A stretch of 63,876 nucleotides of DNA, filler included, from an uncultured Rhodopirellula sp. (lineage in GTDB: Bacteria; Planctomycetota; Planctomycetia; Pirellulales; Pirellulaceae): NCBI GenBank assembly GCA_964007735.1. It is 3 parts of 3 records of this genome, joined end to end, with 100 filler letters (N's around TTAATTAATTAA, not from the genome) between each part and the next. Parts side by side here need not be neighbours in the genome. Positions count along the whole stretch, not along the records: positions 1 to 29,237 come from CAXGAI010000052.1; 2 more parts are not named here. The stretch is one strand, 5' to 3'. Of this stretch, positions 8,948-18,013 are shown piece by piece; the stretch's first letter is position 1, and the number at the start of each line of letters is the position of its first letter. The notes beneath the pieces are model-generated. The model searched no databases and was not told the origin of the DNA. It was given only the letters and a program-made list of their open reading frames with translations. A program made the position numbers and the translations under genes.

Positions 8948-10006
8948 ATGTCTGAACGACAAATGATAATTCTGACAGAGGGGAATTCTAATCCTCACAC
9001 CGCCAAAACCGGCTGTAGTATTCTTCGCTATCGTCCTCAAGAAGTTGTCGCTGTTTTGGATGGAACTCTTGAAGGGCAGGAGGTGTCTGAATATTTGGGA
9101 GTCGGTGAGGGGCTGAAGTTTATTGCCAGCATTGATGAGGCGCGGCATGCCAATTGTCTGTTGATTGGCATCGCGCCTCCCGGAGGAAAGATTCCTCAAA
9201 GCTGGCGCCCGATCGTTTTACGGGCAATCGAGTGTGGTATGAATGTTGTTTCTGGTCTGCATGATTTTATTACCGACGATCAGGAGTTTGTCGCCGCCGC
9301 AGAAAAACAGGGGGTAGAACTTGTTGACGTTCGTAAGAACGATTTCACGACGATCGCTCGCCGCCCTGGTTTTCGTGAAGCATGTTTTCGCGTCCATACG
9401 GTGGGCCATGATTGTAGCATCGGAAAGATGTTAACGGCCGTTGAACTTACCGAAGGCTTGAAAGAACGTGGGATTGATGCCAAGTTTTGTGCTACCGGAC
9501 AGACCGGGATTATGTTGGAAGGGTCGGGCTATCCGATGGATCGAGTGATTGCGGATTTTATCAGTGGAGCGGCTGAGCAACTCGTATTGGAAAACGAACA
9601 CCACGATGTATTACTGATCGAAGGGCAGGGAAGTCTGGTACATCCTAGCTACTCGGCAGTTACGTTAGGTATTTTACATGGCTCGGCACCGCATGCCCTT
9701 GTCCTTTGCTATGAGGTTTTACGTGACAAGGTAACGGGAGTTGAGCACGTTGCAATTCCGGCTTTGCCTCAGATTCGACGAATCTTCGAAGTCCTGTCTA
9801 ATGTTCACCAACCCTGCGAAGTGATTGGCGTTTCTATGAATAGTCGTCGAGTCAGTGAAGCCGATGCCCATGTCGAGCAGCAACGCGTTGCTGAAAAATT
9901 GGGTTTGCCGGTTACAGATATCATTAGGTTTGGTCGTGAGCCACTGGTCGATGCTGTGATTGCTGCTCGAGATCGATATTTGCAAGCATTGGATTCTACT
10001 CAGTAG
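8948..10006 (+). CDS. DUF1611 family protein (DgcN-like D-glutamate N-acetyltransferase)
   Basis: AKTG, SGLH, GHDCSIGKM, ATGQTG, DFISGAAE and EGQGSLVHP motifs; adjacent to an enolase-family epimerase. Confidence 0.85.
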   Translation: MSERQMIILTEGNSNPHTAKTGCSILRYRPQEVVAVLDGTLEGQEVSEYLGVGEGLKFIASIDEARHANCLLIGIAPPGGKIPQSWRPIVLRAIECGMNVVSGLHDFITDDQEFVAAAEKQGVELVDVRKNDFTTIARRPGFREACFRVHTVGHDCSIGKMLTAVELTEGLKERGIDAKFCATGQTGIMLEGSGYPMDRVIADFISGAAEQLVLENEHHDVLLIEGQGSLVHPSYSAVTLGILHGSAPHALVLCYEVLRDKVTGVEHVAIPALPQIRRIFEVLSNVHQPCEVIGVSMNSRRVSEADAHVEQQRVAEKLGLPVTDIIRFGREPLVDAVIAARDRYLQALDSTQ

Positions 10007-10014
10007 GTAAAACG

Positions 10015-11028
10015 ATGGAACTGATTATCCACGATTTTGAATTGCCGTTGCTTCATCCGTTTACGATTTCACGGGAAACAATCACGGTACAGCCATCGGT
10101 GATTGTTGAATTGCGAGAGGGTGATATTTCAGGGTATGGAGAAGCCACCACGAATAGTTATTACGGTGCCACCAAAGAGCGATTGCGTGAATCACTCGAG
10201 ACATGTCGTGACCTGGTCGAAAATGTAGCCTGGGAGGAACCACATCAGTTGTGGGAATTGGCGCATGAGCAACTTAATGACTCCTTTGCACTTTGTGCTC
10301 TTGATCTGGCCGCTCACGATTTATGGGGGAAACGGCTGGGTAAGCCGGTTTATGAATTGTGGGGTCTGACGACAGAGAATAATCCGATAAGTAACTATAC
10401 TATCGGCATTGATGATATTGATGTCATGGTTAGCAAAATGCAGGAATTTGGTGACTGGCCTGTTTATAAGATTAAACTGGGGACGGAGCATGACTTGGAG
10501 ATTGTGGCCGAGTTAAGAAAACATACTCAAGCATGCTTCCGTGTTGATGCCAATTGCGCCTGGACAGCCCAGCAGGCAATTGAGTTTTCTAAGCCGTTGG
10601 CGGATTTAGGAGTTGAGTTTATTGAACAACCTTTGCCGGCAGATCAGATTGAGCAAATGGAAGATGTGTTTGATTTATCGGCATTGCCGGTTATGGCGGA
10701 TGAGAACTGTTTGGTGCCGTCTGATGTGGATTCCTGTATTGGTCGATTTCATGGGATCAATATCAAGCTGGTGAAATGTGGTGGGCTGACTCCAGCTCGT
10801 AAGATGATAAAGCAAGCACGGAAGTCTGAATTGAGGGTGATGGTCGGCTGCATGACTGAGTCCACCGTTGGAATCTCTGCCATTGCTCAGGTTTTACCCT
10901 TGCTCGACTATGTCGATATGGATGGCGCTGCATTGCTTGCACGTGATATCGCTAGCGGATGTGAAGTTAGGCAGGGGATTTGCTATTACCCTGAAGCCCC
11001 TGGCAATGGTGTTACCCTGTTGGGGTAG
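10015..11028 (+). CDS. Enolase superfamily L-Ala-D/L-Glu dipeptide epimerase (DgcA/YcjG-like)
   Basis: PFTISR, KIKLG, RVDANC, EQP, ADE, NIKLVKCGG, GCMTES and DMDG motifs. Confidence 0.9.
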   Translation: MELIIHDFELPLLHPFTISRETITVQPSVIVELREGDISGYGEATTNSYYGATKERLRESLETCRDLVENVAWEEPHQLWELAHEQLNDSFALCALDLAAHDLWGKRLGKPVYELWGLTTENNPISNYTIGIDDIDVMVSKMQEFGDWPVYKIKLGTEHDLEIVAELRKHTQACFRVDANCAWTAQQAIEFSKPLADLGVEFIEQPLPADQIEQMEDVFDLSALPVMADENCLVPSDVDSCIGRFHGINIKLVKCGGLTPARKMIKQARKSELRVMVGCMTESTVGISAIAQVLPLLDYVDMDGAALLARDIASGCEVRQGICYYPEAPGNGVTLLG

Positions 11029-12220
11029 GCTTTATTTTGATGACGCTATTGCTCGCCGGTCTTGAAATGAATTGCTTTAGTTCAAGCATTGTGAGTGCTG
11101 AAAGTAATTTGCCCGGGGGTATCTGCTCAGGTAATTGCAGCATGTCGATTAATGTCGTTGTCTCTGGAATGACTGTTAAGATTTGACGTTCGGTGTCAGA
11201 TAAAGCCTCGCTTCGCTTTGGAGATGGTTGTTCCGAGTTGCTTGAATTTCTGTGGTTTTTGTGGTGAGTCGATGACTGGAGGTGATGTGGAAGTGCTTCG
11301 ATGATGTCTTCTAGTGATTCGACGAGCTGAGCGCCATCTTTGATCAGTTTGTTGCAGCCACTGGCAACGGCTGTATCTATCATGCCGGGAATGGCGAGCA
11401 CTTCTCGGTTTTGCTCCATGGCGTGACGGGCCGTGATTAATGCGCCCGATCTTGCCGCTGCTTCAACTACCAGCGTGCCGTAGCTAAGTCCCGAGATAAT
11501 TCGATTCCGCCGAGGGAAGAGACGGCTATGGGGTGGCGATGAAGGAAGTACTTCACTGATGAGCAAGCCGTCTTGCTGGATTTGTTTTGCCAATGGAATA
11601 TGACTAGCGGGATATATGTTTTTAATCCCTGAACCAAGGACAGCCAGGGTTGTACCATATTCCTCGAGTGTCGCTTCATGTGCTATGCGGTCGATACCGC
11701 GGGCAAGTCCACTGACGATTGTGAAGCCTTGCCGGCTAAGGTTGGAAGTCAGGCGCCGGGTGACGCGCTGGCCATAGAGCGTTGGATGACGCGTTCCTAC
11801 GATCGCCAATGTCTTCGGTGCAGTCAGCGCTTGTAGGTTGCCTACGCAAAACAAGACCGGAGGCGGTGAAGGGATTTCTCGGAGTAGTAGAGGGTAGCTA
11901 GGATTGTGGTATGGAAGAATACGTACACCGTGCTTTTTACAATATGCAAGCTCGTCGCTCAGTTGGACTCGTTGGCTACGACTTCGCTGAATAGATTCGG
12001 CGGTCTTTTCTCCAATCTGGTAGACGCAACGGAGTTGCTTAGACGATGCGCTAAGTACCTTGCCCGCATCGCCAAACTCGCCTATCAGCCTTAATACCGT
12101 GGACGGCCCGACGTGAGGCGCAAAGCTAAGTTGTAGATAATCAAGCAATTCGTTTTCATTCACGATGAGACAAGCCAGTTTGGGGAGGTACGGGTTTACC
12201 GGACTCGTTTTATCCAGCAA
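11012..12220 (-). CDS. dprA: DNA-processing protein DprA
   Basis: AIVGTR, SGLARGID, FPRRNRIISGLS, VEAAARSGALITA and a C-terminal winged helix. The start may be GTG 12163. Confidence 0.95.
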   Translation of the reverse strand: MLDKTSPVNPYLPKLACLIVNENELLDYLQLSFAPHVGPSTVLRLIGEFGDAGKVLSASSKQLRCVYQIGEKTAESIQRSRSQRVQLSDELAYCKKHGVRILPYHNPSYPLLLREIPSPPPVLFCVGNLQALTAPKTLAIVGTRHPTLYGQRVTRRLTSNLSRQGFTIVSGLARGIDRIAHEATLEEYGTTLAVLGSGIKNIYPASHIPLAKQIQQDGLLISEVLPSSPPHSRLFPRRNRIISGLSYGTLVVEAAARSGALITARHAMEQNREVLAIPGMIDTAVASGCNKLIKDGAQLVESLEDIIEALPHHLQSSTHHKNHRNSSNSEQPSPKRSEALSDTERQILTVIPETTTLIDMLQLPEQIPPGKLLSALTMLELKQFISRPASNSVIKIKPTPTG

Positions 12221-12442
12221 GTATGGGAAGAAGCCGGGGATTCATCTCTGATTTATCCTAGGGCTCGTTGAGGAATTAGTAAATCAAAAAGATGTCACAT
12301 CACTGACGATGTGTGATCAATATGATAACGATATTAAGCTGTTAGGCGTTTGATTTAAAATGACTTCCGATAGATTTATTGTTCTCGAAGAGTCTGAAAA
12401 AACAGTGTTTTTTTAGTATGATTGATTTACCTGAAGCGATTG

Positions 12443-12459
12443 TTGGCATGTGAATTGCG
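12443..12459 (+). promoter_or_regulatory. Sigma54-type -24/-12 promoter
   Basis: TTGGCATG-TGAA-TTGCG matches the consensus YTGGCACG-N4-TTGCW with exact GG-N10-GC spacing, about 75 nt upstream of ATG 12533. Confidence 0.7.
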
Positions 12460-12532
12460 ATTATTCTCGACGAATACTAAAAGGGTTACAAAATTGAAAA
12501 CATTCGGCAATATTTTAGATAGGAGTCTTGCT

Positions 12533-14419
12533 ATGAAAAGAACACCTAAAAGTATCTTGTCCTACAGCCTCTTATTCGTGTTTTGGTTTGTTCTGGGGAT
12601 GGTTCAAGCTCAGGATGCTCCACCTGCTGCGCCTGGTGCTGATGCGAATGAGGAAGACATTGAAGCATTGGCAAGAGGCCCGGTACATGAGGCATTTGCA
12701 TCTCAGGTAAATAATGATCCTCAGCCGGGAATGATAGTAGACAAGGCCCCGCCTGAAGTCGTGGATGAGGTTCCTCCTGATTACAAGCCGGACGGTGACA
12801 ACGTAGTTTGGATTCCCGGTTATTGGGGATTTGATGATGAACGAGAGGATTATGTCTGGATTAGTGGGGTCTGGCGTACTCCTCCGGCTGGCCGTCGGTG
12901 GGTTCCGGGATACTGGAATGAATTGACGGACGAGAAGCATCAGTGGGTTACAGGATTCTGGCAGGCAACTGAGCGTCGTCGGGTTGATTACCGGGGAGCA
13001 CCTCCGGAGTCACTGGAATCCGGGCCGGCAGTTGCGGCTCCAAGTAGCAATTATTTCTGGACTCCGGGTGTATGGGTTTATCGTGGACAGGGGTACCGTT
13101 GGCGTCCAGGTTTCTGGCTTCGCCATCGACCTGATTATGTTTACACACCCTCACGTTGGGTTTGGACGCCAGGCGGTTATGTCTTTGTAGACGGTTACTG
13201 GGATTACGGTATGGCTGCTCGCGGGGTGTTGTTTGCTCCTGTCGTTGTACGGTCTCCGCTTGTCCGCTATCGCCCAAGCGTTGTTATTGATGTAGGCCGG
13301 TTTCATATGCACTGGTTTGTGCGTCCACGATATAGCCACTACTACTTCGGTGATTTCTACGATGCACATTATCTCAGCCAGATGCATATTTATCCGCATC
13401 ATCATTTCCATTTGCGAGTAGGCTACGATCCGTTCTACGCTTATAACCATGTGCACTTCCATAGTCGTTTTGGTATTAGTTATTACCATCACGTTCATCA
13501 CTGGCATAATTATTTCAATACTCATCATCTGCATCGTCCGGCTCGTACGTTTGGGATGCAATTGAATTTGCACAATCACGGCGGCAATCGTCATTTCGGC
13601 TTATCGATCTACGCTCACAGATTGAATACTTACCGAGTACAGAACGATGTGAATCGTCGATTTGTACAGGTGGGGGTTGAACATCGTAATGCTGCAGCCG
13701 GGAATTCTACGAGCTACTTTCGTCTTGGTTATGAGCGTAGCAAGTTGGAAGGTCGGGTAGCGACCGGTTTGGTGCAAGGTACAGGAAAGACAACGTCGAC
13801 TAAAACGGGTAGTTGGACATTGCCTCAGGTTGAGCGTGGTACTAATGTCACCGTAGGTTTGGCTCAACGACATGTGCGCGAAGTTGGTAATCGTGTTTCG
13901 CAGGTAGCCAAAGCGGTACCAACGGCGGCACCGGGAACGACGAACCGAATTGTTAGTAGACCTACGACTTCGATTCCACGAACCCCAGGGGCGAGTGGTG
14001 TCAATCCTCGGCCAAGTACCTCCAGTAGTTTGCCGTCTCGTGTAACAATTGGTGGGGGAGTTAATGGAAATTCAAGGCTGCCAAGTCGACCAGGCACGTC
14101 ACCTACATTTCCCTCAAGGGCTCCGTCTGGTACTGTGCCAAGTCGGGTCAATCCGAGTAGTCCGCGGCCGACAGCTCCTAAACCGTCTGTCTCACCGCGT
14201 CCTTCGGTAACCCCTTCGGTTCCGCGGCCAAGCGCACCTTCGCCTCGACCTTCTGTGTCTCCCAGACCTAGACCGAGTGTTCCTTCGCCGCGTCCTTCGG
14301 TAACCCCTTCGGTTCCGCGGCCAAGCGCACCCTCACCTCGGCCTTCGGTAACGCCGTCGGCACCTAGGCCAAGTGCTCCTTCACCTCGGCCAAGTGCTCC
14401 ATCACCTCGGCCAAGGTAA
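12533..14419 (+). CDS. Exported WxxGxW (YXWGXW)-repeat protein with a His-rich segment and a Pro/Ser/Arg-rich tail
   Basis: AGGAG RBS before ATG 12533; signal peptide ending VQA-Q; repeats WIPGYW, WISGVW, WVPGYW, WVTGFW, WTPGVW, WRPGFW and FVDGYW; tail of PRPS repeats. The ORF track starts at 12422. Confidence 0.85.
   Translation: MKRTPKSILSYSLLFVFWFVLGMVQAQDAPPAAPGADANEEDIEALARGPVHEAFASQVNNDPQPGMIVDKAPPEVVDEVPPDYKPDGDNVVWIPGYWGFDDEREDYVWISGVWRTPPAGRRWVPGYWNELTDEKHQWVTGFWQATERRRVDYRGAPPESLESGPAVAAPSSNYFWTPGVWVYRGQGYRWRPGFWLRHRPDYVYTPSRWVWTPGGYVFVDGYWDYGMAARGVLFAPVVVRSPLVRYRPSVVIDVGRFHMHWFVRPRYSHYYFGDFYDAHYLSQMHIYPHHHFHLRVGYDPFYAYNHVHFHSRFGISYYHHVHHWHNYFNTHHLHRPARTFGMQLNLHNHGGNRHFGLSIYAHRLNTYRVQNDVNRRFVQVGVEHRNAAAGNSTSYFRLGYERSKLEGRVATGLVQGTGKTTSTKTGSWTLPQVERGTNVTVGLAQRHVREVGNRVSQVAKAVPTAAPGTTNRIVSRPTTSIPRTPGASGVNPRPSTSSSLPSRVTIGGGVNGNSRLPSRPGTSPTFPSRAPSGTVPSRVNPSSPRPTAPKPSVSPRPSVTPSVPRPSAPSPRPSVSPRPRPSVPSPRPSVTPSVPRPSAPSPRPSVTPSAPRPSAPSPRPSAPSPRPR
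14195..14331 (+). repeat. Intragenic 44-bp exact direct repeat within the PRPS-repeat tail
   Basis: CCGCGTCCTTCGGTAACCCCTTCGGTTCCGCGGCCAAGCGCACC occurs at 14195-14238 and 14288-14331. Confidence 0.9.
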
Positions 14420-14472
14420 TGGAAAAATTATGTTCTTAGCTTTAGAAAGCTTGGGATGAAAAAAATGATTTG

Positions 14473-14511
14473 CAGCCCAGAAACGGTTCGTCTTTTCTGG
14501 GCTGTTTTTTT
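14473..14511 (+). terminator. Intrinsic terminator
   Basis: CAGCCCAGAAA...TTTCTGGGCTG followed by T7. Confidence 0.85.
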
Positions 14512-14640
14512 ATCAAGAAGACAAATTCAAAATTCTTTTGGATTATGCGAAACCTAGTCCGTGGACCGGTAGTTTAAAGACGGCACCTAGAATGGATAGG
14601 AAGAACGGGTGCTTGACCCCGGAATCGTAAAGGTAAGATT

Positions 14641-15438
14641 ATGTCAAAATTTTTTTTCAGCTTCACTTTACTTGCACTGACGGCATTTTATAGTGTTGCA
14701 GCGACTGCTCAGTCGGGCCCTCCACGATCTTTTGAGGGTCGCCCCGCCCACGGTCCACAGCAACGCGGCCCTCAAGGTCGCCCCGATCACGGTTCACAGC
14801 AACGTGGTCCTCAAGGTAGGGAAGCTTGGCAAGGTAAGCCTCAGTCAGCTCATGGTCAATCGCGCCAGAGAATGAGTAGCCCCTCTCAGGATAAACAAGC
14901 GGAAGCAGCTCGTTTGATGGAACTCACCAGGAGAGCTGTGGAAGCAGGTGATATGACTCGCGAACAAGCGATGCAGCGTTATAACGCCTGGCGTCAGCGT
15001 AATGGCCTCGACCGGGAGCAGACGGATCGCCCTGATACCAGAGGTGTACCGCAACGTGCTCCTCGTCCGGACCAGCGCCTAAATGCACCACCTGCCGAGG
15101 AGTTGCGTGAGGAAGCAGGTCGAATTTCACGGGAACTACGTAAAGCTGTAGAGGCTGGCGATATTACTCCGGAACAAGCAAGAGAGCGATTTAATCAATG
15201 GCGGGAACGTCAAGGAACGAATGCTCCACAACGAAGACCTCAGGAGCGACCGGCTCCTACTCGTGATGCTGCTAGCGCTGAGGTTCGAGCTCAAGGTGGT
15301 CGTATTTGGGCTGAATTACGAAAGGCAGTTGAATCTGGGGATATTACTCGTGAGCAAGCAGTTGATCGCTTCAACCAATGGCGAAGTCGCATGTCCAGTG
15401 CCGCTCCGTCGCGTCCTGCCACAAAGATTCAGCCATAG
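14641..15438 (+). CDS. Exported Gln/Arg-rich protein with three copies of a helical ~30-aa repeat
   Basis: Signal peptide ending ATA-Q; three copies of R(R/K)AVE(A/S)GD(M/I)TxEQAxxR(Y/F)NxWR. Confidence 0.8.
   Translation: MSKFFFSFTLLALTAFYSVAATAQSGPPRSFEGRPAHGPQQRGPQGRPDHGSQQRGPQGREAWQGKPQSAHGQSRQRMSSPSQDKQAEAARLMELTRRAVEAGDMTREQAMQRYNAWRQRNGLDREQTDRPDTRGVPQRAPRPDQRLNAPPAEELREEAGRISRELRKAVEAGDITPEQARERFNQWRERQGTNAPQRRPQERPAPTRDAASAEVRAQGGRIWAELRKAVESGDITREQAVDRFNQWRSRMSSAAPSRPATKIQP
14737..14814 (+). repeat. Intragenic imperfect 39-bp tandem repeat (GRPxHGxQQRGPQ twice)
   Basis: GGTCGCCCCGCCCACGGTCCACAGCAACGCGGCCCTCAA followed by GGTCGCCCCGATCACGGTTCACAGCAACGTGGTCCTCAA. Confidence 0.85.
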
Positions 15439-15594
15439 AATATTCTTCAAGCGTCACATTAGAAATAACATGAGGAAGCTCATATTCATTATTGGAAAGA
15501 GTAACTTTTAGGCGAGTATTCACCTACTTATCCAGATGAGTAGGATGAAATAGAAAACTCTTTGGATTTAATGCCAAACTCCGAAGAGGAAATT

Positions 15595-15635
15595 CCCCTT
15601 AGTGACTTACGAGTGTTTGTCACTAAGGGGTTTTT
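15595..15635 (+). terminator. Intrinsic terminator
   Basis: CCCCTTAGTGAC-N12-GTCACTAAGGGG perfect 12-bp stem followed by T5. Confidence 0.75.
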
Positions 15636-15730
15636 GATGAACCGATGTTAAATTGGCGTATTCAGGTTAAACAGGGGTGCTAGGACAGTCTGTGTTGACG
15701 CTCAAATTGAGGGTGAAAGCTATTTTTTTG

Positions 15731-15759
15731 TTGAACGCTTAGCCGATACTCTTTAATAT
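15731..15759 (+). promoter_or_regulatory. Putative sigma70-type promoter of the DUF1549/1553 cluster
   Basis: TTGAAC-N17-TAATAT, about 52 nt upstream of ATG 15812. Confidence 0.4.
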
Positions 15760-15811
15760 CAGAGAGTCAACGATATTAGAGAAGCAAGAGATCGGCATAA
15801 GGGAACGGGTT

Positions 15812-17935
15812 ATGGTACGTACAATGCTATCATCATTAGTGGTACTTGCTTTTCTAATTACTAATTCTCAAGCTGAGACGATTGACTTAGTTCTGACGTC
15901 TGAAAATAGTTCACTTGGGATTGCGAAATCGTCTGTAGGTCTGGTTGATGACATGGCCTTTATTCGTCGAGCTAGTGTGGATTTGATCGGCCGTATTCCG
16001 ACTTTGCAGGAGTTGAAAGAATATCAATCATGGCCGGCTGCGAATCGCCGAGACATGTTAGTGAATCAACTTGTCGATCACCCTCGGTTTGCTGATCGAT
16101 GGACGGTCTTTTTTGCCGATCTTCTTCGCTTGAGAAGTAATGTTACGGGTGGCTCGGCTCTGATTGCGCATGTGCACCGTAGTATCCGCGATGATGTTCC
16201 CTACAACGAATTAGCGGCTTCGTTGATTGCCACTAACGGAAAAGCAGGACGAAGTCCTGAAGTTGGATTTATTCTTGGAGACAATGCTGATCCTTTGGCC
16301 ATGGCGAGTGTTACGGCACAGGTCTTCATGGGTGTTCGCATTGGTTGTGCTCAATGTCACGACCATCCATTCGACGTTTGGACTCGAAAAGATTTCTATA
16401 GCGTAGCAGCATACTTTGGAAAGACACGACGATTTGAAAGTAATTTCACCCGAGTTGTTTACACTTCCGAAGGTGAACAGACATCCGTACTTTGGCCTCC
16501 GGAAGACGAGGCAGAAGAATCGGAACGCAAAGCGATGGTTCCTTCATTTCCGTTCCCTATGATTGATACGAACCAAATGCCGTCATTTATCGTCCGGTAT
16601 AAAGCCTTACTTAAGAAACAGGCAGATGCAGTTGCCGCGAAGGATAACTCCCCCTCACTTGATGACCTGCTTGCAGATGCGGAAGGCAAAATTGAAGCGG
16701 CTACGGGTGACGGGATTAACATCGCAGTTGCCGAAGCTCGGGAAGAGATTAATAAAATTGATGTGAAGGCGAGCCTCTACAGACGTAGTGAGTACCGTGA
16801 AGCACTTGCCGAGCAAATCACCAGTCCTCGCAACCGTTTGTTTGCTGAATCCTTTGTAAACCGAATCTGGCACGATTTAGTTGGCCGTGGGTTTGTCGAA
16901 CCTGTCGATGATTTCAGGGAAGACAATCCAGCAAGCCATCCGAAAACTCTGGCTTTTATCGCAGATGAATTTGTTGCTAACGGTTATAGCTTCAAGCAAC
17001 TTGTGAAGTCGATAGTGCAATCAGATGTCTATCAGCAGAAACAAGTGCCGTTGGATGCGACAGAACTTGAGCAGGAAGAGTTGGAAGTGGCTTTTCTGGC
17101 AACGCCGATGCGACGTATGTTGAGTGAATCATTGTATGACAGTATCGTCACAGCGGGACACCTGTTTGATTTGAAATATCGAACAGGTGAAAATGAGCGA
17201 ACCATTGAGCAGGAAGTTCGTGTTTTACTGGCGGCGGATGGTGAACCTGAGAAATTGGAAGCAACTGGTGTACAAGATTTGTCCGGTGGACAGCCCAAGA
17301 TGACCAATCAGGCGATGGCTGCAATGAATAACGGCGGCGGAGCAGGGTATACACTCGAAGACGCGATCGAATTGGATTTCGACGCATTGCTTGCAGAGGA
17401 AGATGAAGTTGAATTAGATCGGATGGTAGCTAAGAGCCAGGAAGAATTGGAAGCTGAACGTATGCAAATGGAATCTCAGCGTCGTCCTCGCCCGGGTATG
17501 AAGTACGAAACTAAAGTTGTCAAAAGAACTGTCGATGATAATCCACGATTTAGTTCGGCCTTGCGTATGGCCACTCCGGCACCGGTTGGGCACTTTGTAA
17601 GAGTTTTTGGACAGACTTCACGTAATGATCTGGGAGAAGCTCGTGATGACAACCCATCCATGCGTCAGTCCCTGATGATGCTTAACGGTCGATTAACTCA
17701 TGAGGCATCTCGAGTTGGAACTCTTGAGCCGGTAGCTAGATATCTATCTGGAGAGAATGTGCAGTTAGATAAGGCGATTGAGTTGGTATATCACGAAATC
17801 CTAACTCGGGATCCTTCGTTAGAAGAATTTGCCTGGGCCAAAGAAATTATTGCCGAAGCTAAGACTCCGACGGCAGGCGTGGCGGACTTACGCTGGATCA
17901 TGATGAATAGTAACGAATTTCGATTTTTGCCGTAG
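15812..17935 (+). CDS. DUF1549/DUF1553 (PSCyt2/PSD1) planctomycete exported protein with a CxxCH motif
   Basis: Signal peptide; FIRRASVDLIGRIPT, GVRIGCAQCHDHPF, VNRIWHDLVGRGFVEPVDD, QSLMMLNG and NSNEF motifs. Confidence 0.92.
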   Translation: MVRTMLSSLVVLAFLITNSQAETIDLVLTSENSSLGIAKSSVGLVDDMAFIRRASVDLIGRIPTLQELKEYQSWPAANRRDMLVNQLVDHPRFADRWTVFFADLLRLRSNVTGGSALIAHVHRSIRDDVPYNELAASLIATNGKAGRSPEVGFILGDNADPLAMASVTAQVFMGVRIGCAQCHDHPFDVWTRKDFYSVAAYFGKTRRFESNFTRVVYTSEGEQTSVLWPPEDEAEESERKAMVPSFPFPMIDTNQMPSFIVRYKALLKKQADAVAAKDNSPSLDDLLADAEGKIEAATGDGINIAVAEAREEINKIDVKASLYRRSEYREALAEQITSPRNRLFAESFVNRIWHDLVGRGFVEPVDDFREDNPASHPKTLAFIADEFVANGYSFKQLVKSIVQSDVYQQKQVPLDATELEQEELEVAFLATPMRRMLSESLYDSIVTAGHLFDLKYRTGENERTIEQEVRVLLAADGEPEKLEATGVQDLSGGQPKMTNQAMAAMNNGGGAGYTLEDAIELDFDALLAEEDEVELDRMVAKSQEELEAERMQMESQRRPRPGMKYETKVVKRTVDDNPRFSSALRMATPAPVGHFVRVFGQTSRNDLGEARDDNPSMRQSLMMLNGRLTHEASRVGTLEPVARYLSGENVQLDKAIELVYHEILTRDPSLEEFAWAKEIIAEAKTPTAGVADLRWIMMNSNEFRFLP

Positions 17936-18013
17936 TGCCGGATTCGAAAATGATAGAGAGAACATTTTAGTAACCAAGAGTTGGTAACAATACCAAGCAG
18001 GAGAATCAAACCC

